Origin: Eukaryota sp. TZLM1-RC
Lineage: Eukaryota; Protista; Metamonada: BaSk clade
DNA length: 64,000 nt
Direction: 5' to 3'
NCBI GenBank assembly: GCA_040285825.1
Contig: JAUPSS010000004.1
Location: 1,178,001-1,242,000 of the forward strand
Part shown: one piece after another, positions 60,901-64,000 of the stretch
Numbering within the stretch: the first letter of the stretch is position 1
Layout of the letters: each line of letters opens with the position of its first letter
Notes under the pieces: model-generated
Told to the model about the DNA's origin: nothing
What the model saw: only the letters and a program-made list of their open reading frames with translations
Databases searched by the model: none
Translations under genes and position numbers: made by a program

Positions 60901-63471
60901 CAATGTCTTATCAAAATTAACACAATTATCGCCTATTCGAAACAAATTTATCAGAGCGTTCAATTATTGATTTAATGCCAATCATCTCTCCAGTTCTGAT
61001 ATGTATTAAGACATCTAAAGTTCAAATTTGTCAGAATTTTAGATTATTGATGCTAAATAGAGCAGACAAGGGGACTACTACATTTCAGAAGGATAATGAA
61101 TGCAAGATTGTATGTTATTCAGTTACATACGGTGTTGTTTTTCTTGTCAAAAATGTACAAACGATCAGCTCCAACTATAATAGCTGCAAACATTCTTCAA
61201 ATATACTACAAATTATAGCCTCTTTTATTTTGGAACAGTTTTTTAAATGATCGGAAAACTAAAACAGTGAATAGGATATCTCTTACTTATTGAAACGAAA
61301 ATCAGTTTTGGCCAGAGAAACGATTGAAAATTCCTCCAATGCTTTCTTTTACAACAAAAATAAAATATAATAAAATATGCCACAACAGCCTGACTCAGTA
61401 TATCTAGCTACAGCAAAAACAAAGGGGTGCACAATTTTTTAGAAGTATTTAAAATAAGCGTTAATTTACCAATAACCGAATAAAAATCCTTGATTAAACA
61501 ACTTAAACATCTTTAGAAACTGTCTCTTGTCCTACATTCAAACAGTTGGTTGCTAACAACTCAGAAAATTTTCCAAAAGAAGAAGGTAAATCACAAATTT
61601 ATTTCACGATTCCCTCATAAGTAGGAAATTCAATTCTGTTTTGCCAGTCAACACGATAGACAACTATTCCAGTTTGATCTTGTATAACTACATTAAAATT
61701 TTCAAGAAAAGCCAAAGCAGCCTTACCTCAAGATCTGAGCAAAGAAAAAACACAAGTTTTTAAAATATATTGGGCATGAGAAATATCATTGATGGAAGAA
61801 ATGGGTTTCACAATTGTTTATTTCCCCAGCAAGATGAGCGTTATTAAAAAAATTTATTAGAAGAATTTTAAGTGTCAAATCAGGTGGGATACTCGTGGTT
61901 TGGAAACATTGAAAACTGTCCATCAGCCAAGGAACAACGATTCTCGCAACGAGAAAAGCTCTGTCAACATGAGAACTTTACCTGACGATAAATACTCCAT
62001 TCAAAACAAGTTTTTTTGAGGATTGTGAAGCATAATAAACTTATAACTTGTTCTGTATGGAGCTGTTAAAGGCTTATCTGCATCAATGAAGGTACTCGCC
62101 AAAAGTTTGGGATGTCCAGAGGTCAAGTTCCGCTGATTAGGTCCTACGAAAATTGCAAATACTTGAACCTGATCGTTGAAGGATTATCATGTCAGTATCT
62201 GTAGGTATACTTTCGTATGTTCAAACAGCTTTAATTCTCAAAATTCGAGTGGACTTATTCAAAGAGAAATTACCCAAAAGATACTGTGATTGGAAAACGG
62301 TTGGTGTTGGAATGTCGTTTGGAAATTTAGGTAGCGAAATTTTGGTACTAGGTCAATGGGTTAATATAGAATTGTTATTGCAGATCTTTAAAACGATTCC
62401 TGATGTTGTCATGACAGTTCCAAGCTAAGACGAGGAAATCTTAAGAGTAAACGAAAGTACTAATCGAACCATCAACTGCAATAACAATGAATATTGATTA
62501 TTGTTTTGTGAGCGTGGAAAATAGAAATATTATAAAAGAAAAAAGATTATCCACATTCAGTGGGTAGAAATACAGTTGACACGTGAGACAGCGAATTATC
62601 TTGTGTTTGCCCTGAAACATAGTTGAAGATTAAGTAATGACGAAATGACAAATCATGAATTTTGTTATGGTTTTATTTTGAATGTTATACTCGCTAACTA
62701 ATTGCATAAAGGAATACGCAAACTTTGAATAAAGATGATTCAAAAGGTTTGTTTGCAGATGTGATAGAGGAAATATGTCGTGAAGAGCCAGGGAGCGACA
62801 GTGATGATAAGGTAGTGGAAGAACAAGTAAAAGGAACGATGTGTTTGAGTAGAAACAAATTGCCGTTTGAAGAAGATTATGTCTATATTGGGGAACAATC
62901 TCCCGAACCGAAACATTCTTGACTTTGATGATGTAATTTATGATTATTGGTCTCGAAGATCTATTTGGCAATTCTTTATTGTTTTATTGAAAAAAGATGA
63001 CTATATCTGAAGAAACAATTTGCAGGGAGTGAACACCCCGTACAAACTGCTGTCATGACGTCATCACAAATTGGGTTTGAGTGAAAATTTCAACAATTCA
63101 TTCCACAAACCTATGTTTTGGAAAGATTCAAACACTTCAGGGTAACGCGTGTGCACCTTTGTGTTGTTATAGGTCAACTATTTTCCATTGTATTTGAGCA
63201 TCTGTGGGCATGATATTAGTAAACAAACACAAATGCAACAAAACCTATTGATACTGAGCTACTGGCACATGTAAATGTACCAAAATGTGCTTTTTGGTCA
63301 CAAAAACCACACATCACAGGGCTTCCAGATGCCCTCCACTTCTTGTTCTTTAACAAGTGCTCTTGGATAACACAACAGTAATACATACAACGTCACTTGT
63401 GTTCATCTTTAAGACTTTTCGCTTAACTTTTCATATTTGCATCAATATAAAAACCATATAGAATTCAGTCA

Positions 63472-63572
63472 GCGATCATGGTCTAGTGGGAGGACGGGAT
63501 GTTTTCACTATGATTTCATAATTATCAATTATTTCAAATGTCCAAACCCGGGTTCGATTCCTGGTGGTCGCG
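63472..63572 (+). tRNA. trnE-TTC: tRNA-Glu(TTC) with 30-nt intron (63508-63537)
   Basis: Acceptor GCGATCA/TGGTCGC, D arm GTCT/GGAC, anticodon stem GGATG/TGTCC with TT-TTC-A before the intron, T arm CCGGG-TTCGATT-CCTGG, G discriminator. Confidence 0.85.
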
Positions 63573-63623
63573 TATTTCGAATTGATTTCCATTGCCTTAA
63601 TTGTTTATGTTATGGTATTTATT

Positions 63624-64000
63624 AGATTTGGAATGTGTGTCACTAATGAAGCATTTGTAACAAAAATGAGATTATTTTTGAATATCCCCATTAATCGACT
63701 TTTATCAAATGAAAAATGTATTTGTTCGAATTCACCTCAACTCACTTTGCGCCATGCTCTGAATTGTTCGAAATTAGTAACTTATCGTTCTTCATTACAT
63801 GGTGCTGTTAAAAACACTCCTTTTAAAGCAAAAGAAAAACATAGAAAATATGACGAAGATATCGAAGAAGCTAATGCTGGTAGAAATACACAACTAGTTT
63901 TTATTGCTTTCCCATTTTCTATAAACGGAAGGCTCGTTTTTTCAATCAAATAAGAGAAGCTTTAGCTAGACAGGGAGCAGATCAAGTTTTTGTGGAGGAA
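63624..64000 (+). mobile_element. Internally deleted 3' fragment of CRE subfamily A
   Basis: NEAFVTKMRL…HALNC jumps to KAKEKHRKY, then to agagaagctttagctagacag. Confidence 0.9.

Noticed and set aside
63501-63510. Reading the tRNA anticodon as TCA (UGA suppressor)
   Set aside because: Requires shifting the stem register; the standard cloverleaf gives TT-TTC-A, and the D arm and G73 fit Glu.

Overview
AT-rich eukaryotic nuclear DNA in the standard genetic code, probably from a flagellated protist. Evidence: tRNA-Leu(AAG), an intron-containing tRNA-Glu(TTC), a CFAP161-like axonemal gene, and RING/B-box and BTB genes. Most of the window is transposable-element debris. The dominant component is a patchwork of fragments from at least 6 subfamilies of CRE/SLACS-type RLE non-LTR retrotransposons, including one essentially full-length copy (44588-47930, minus strand). 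Also present are Mutator, IS630/Tc1, pogo-like, CMC-like and hAT-like DNA transposon remnants and Ty3/gypsy-like LTR element pieces with very short LTRs. The main finding is a fossil Fanzor1 (eukaryotic TnpB-like RNA-guided nuclease) transposon that can be reassembled over about 12.8 kb (35161-47978) by removing three nested insertions. These are a hAT-like TIR element carrying an LTR gag-pro cassette, a truncated CRE copy in the coding sequence, and a full-length CRE copy with a 10-bp TSD inside the putative omegaRNA/right end. The rebuilt right end is Tc1/mariner-like (…ATATACGG|TA), and its TA overlaps the ATG of a TRIM-like RING-B-box gene. Other highlights are an inverted pair of BTB-SPRY-like genes with loop-restricted divergence, a possible CRE target-site preference, and a 3.5-3.8 kb duplicated patchwork block. 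All family assignments come from motif recognition by eye; no searches were run.
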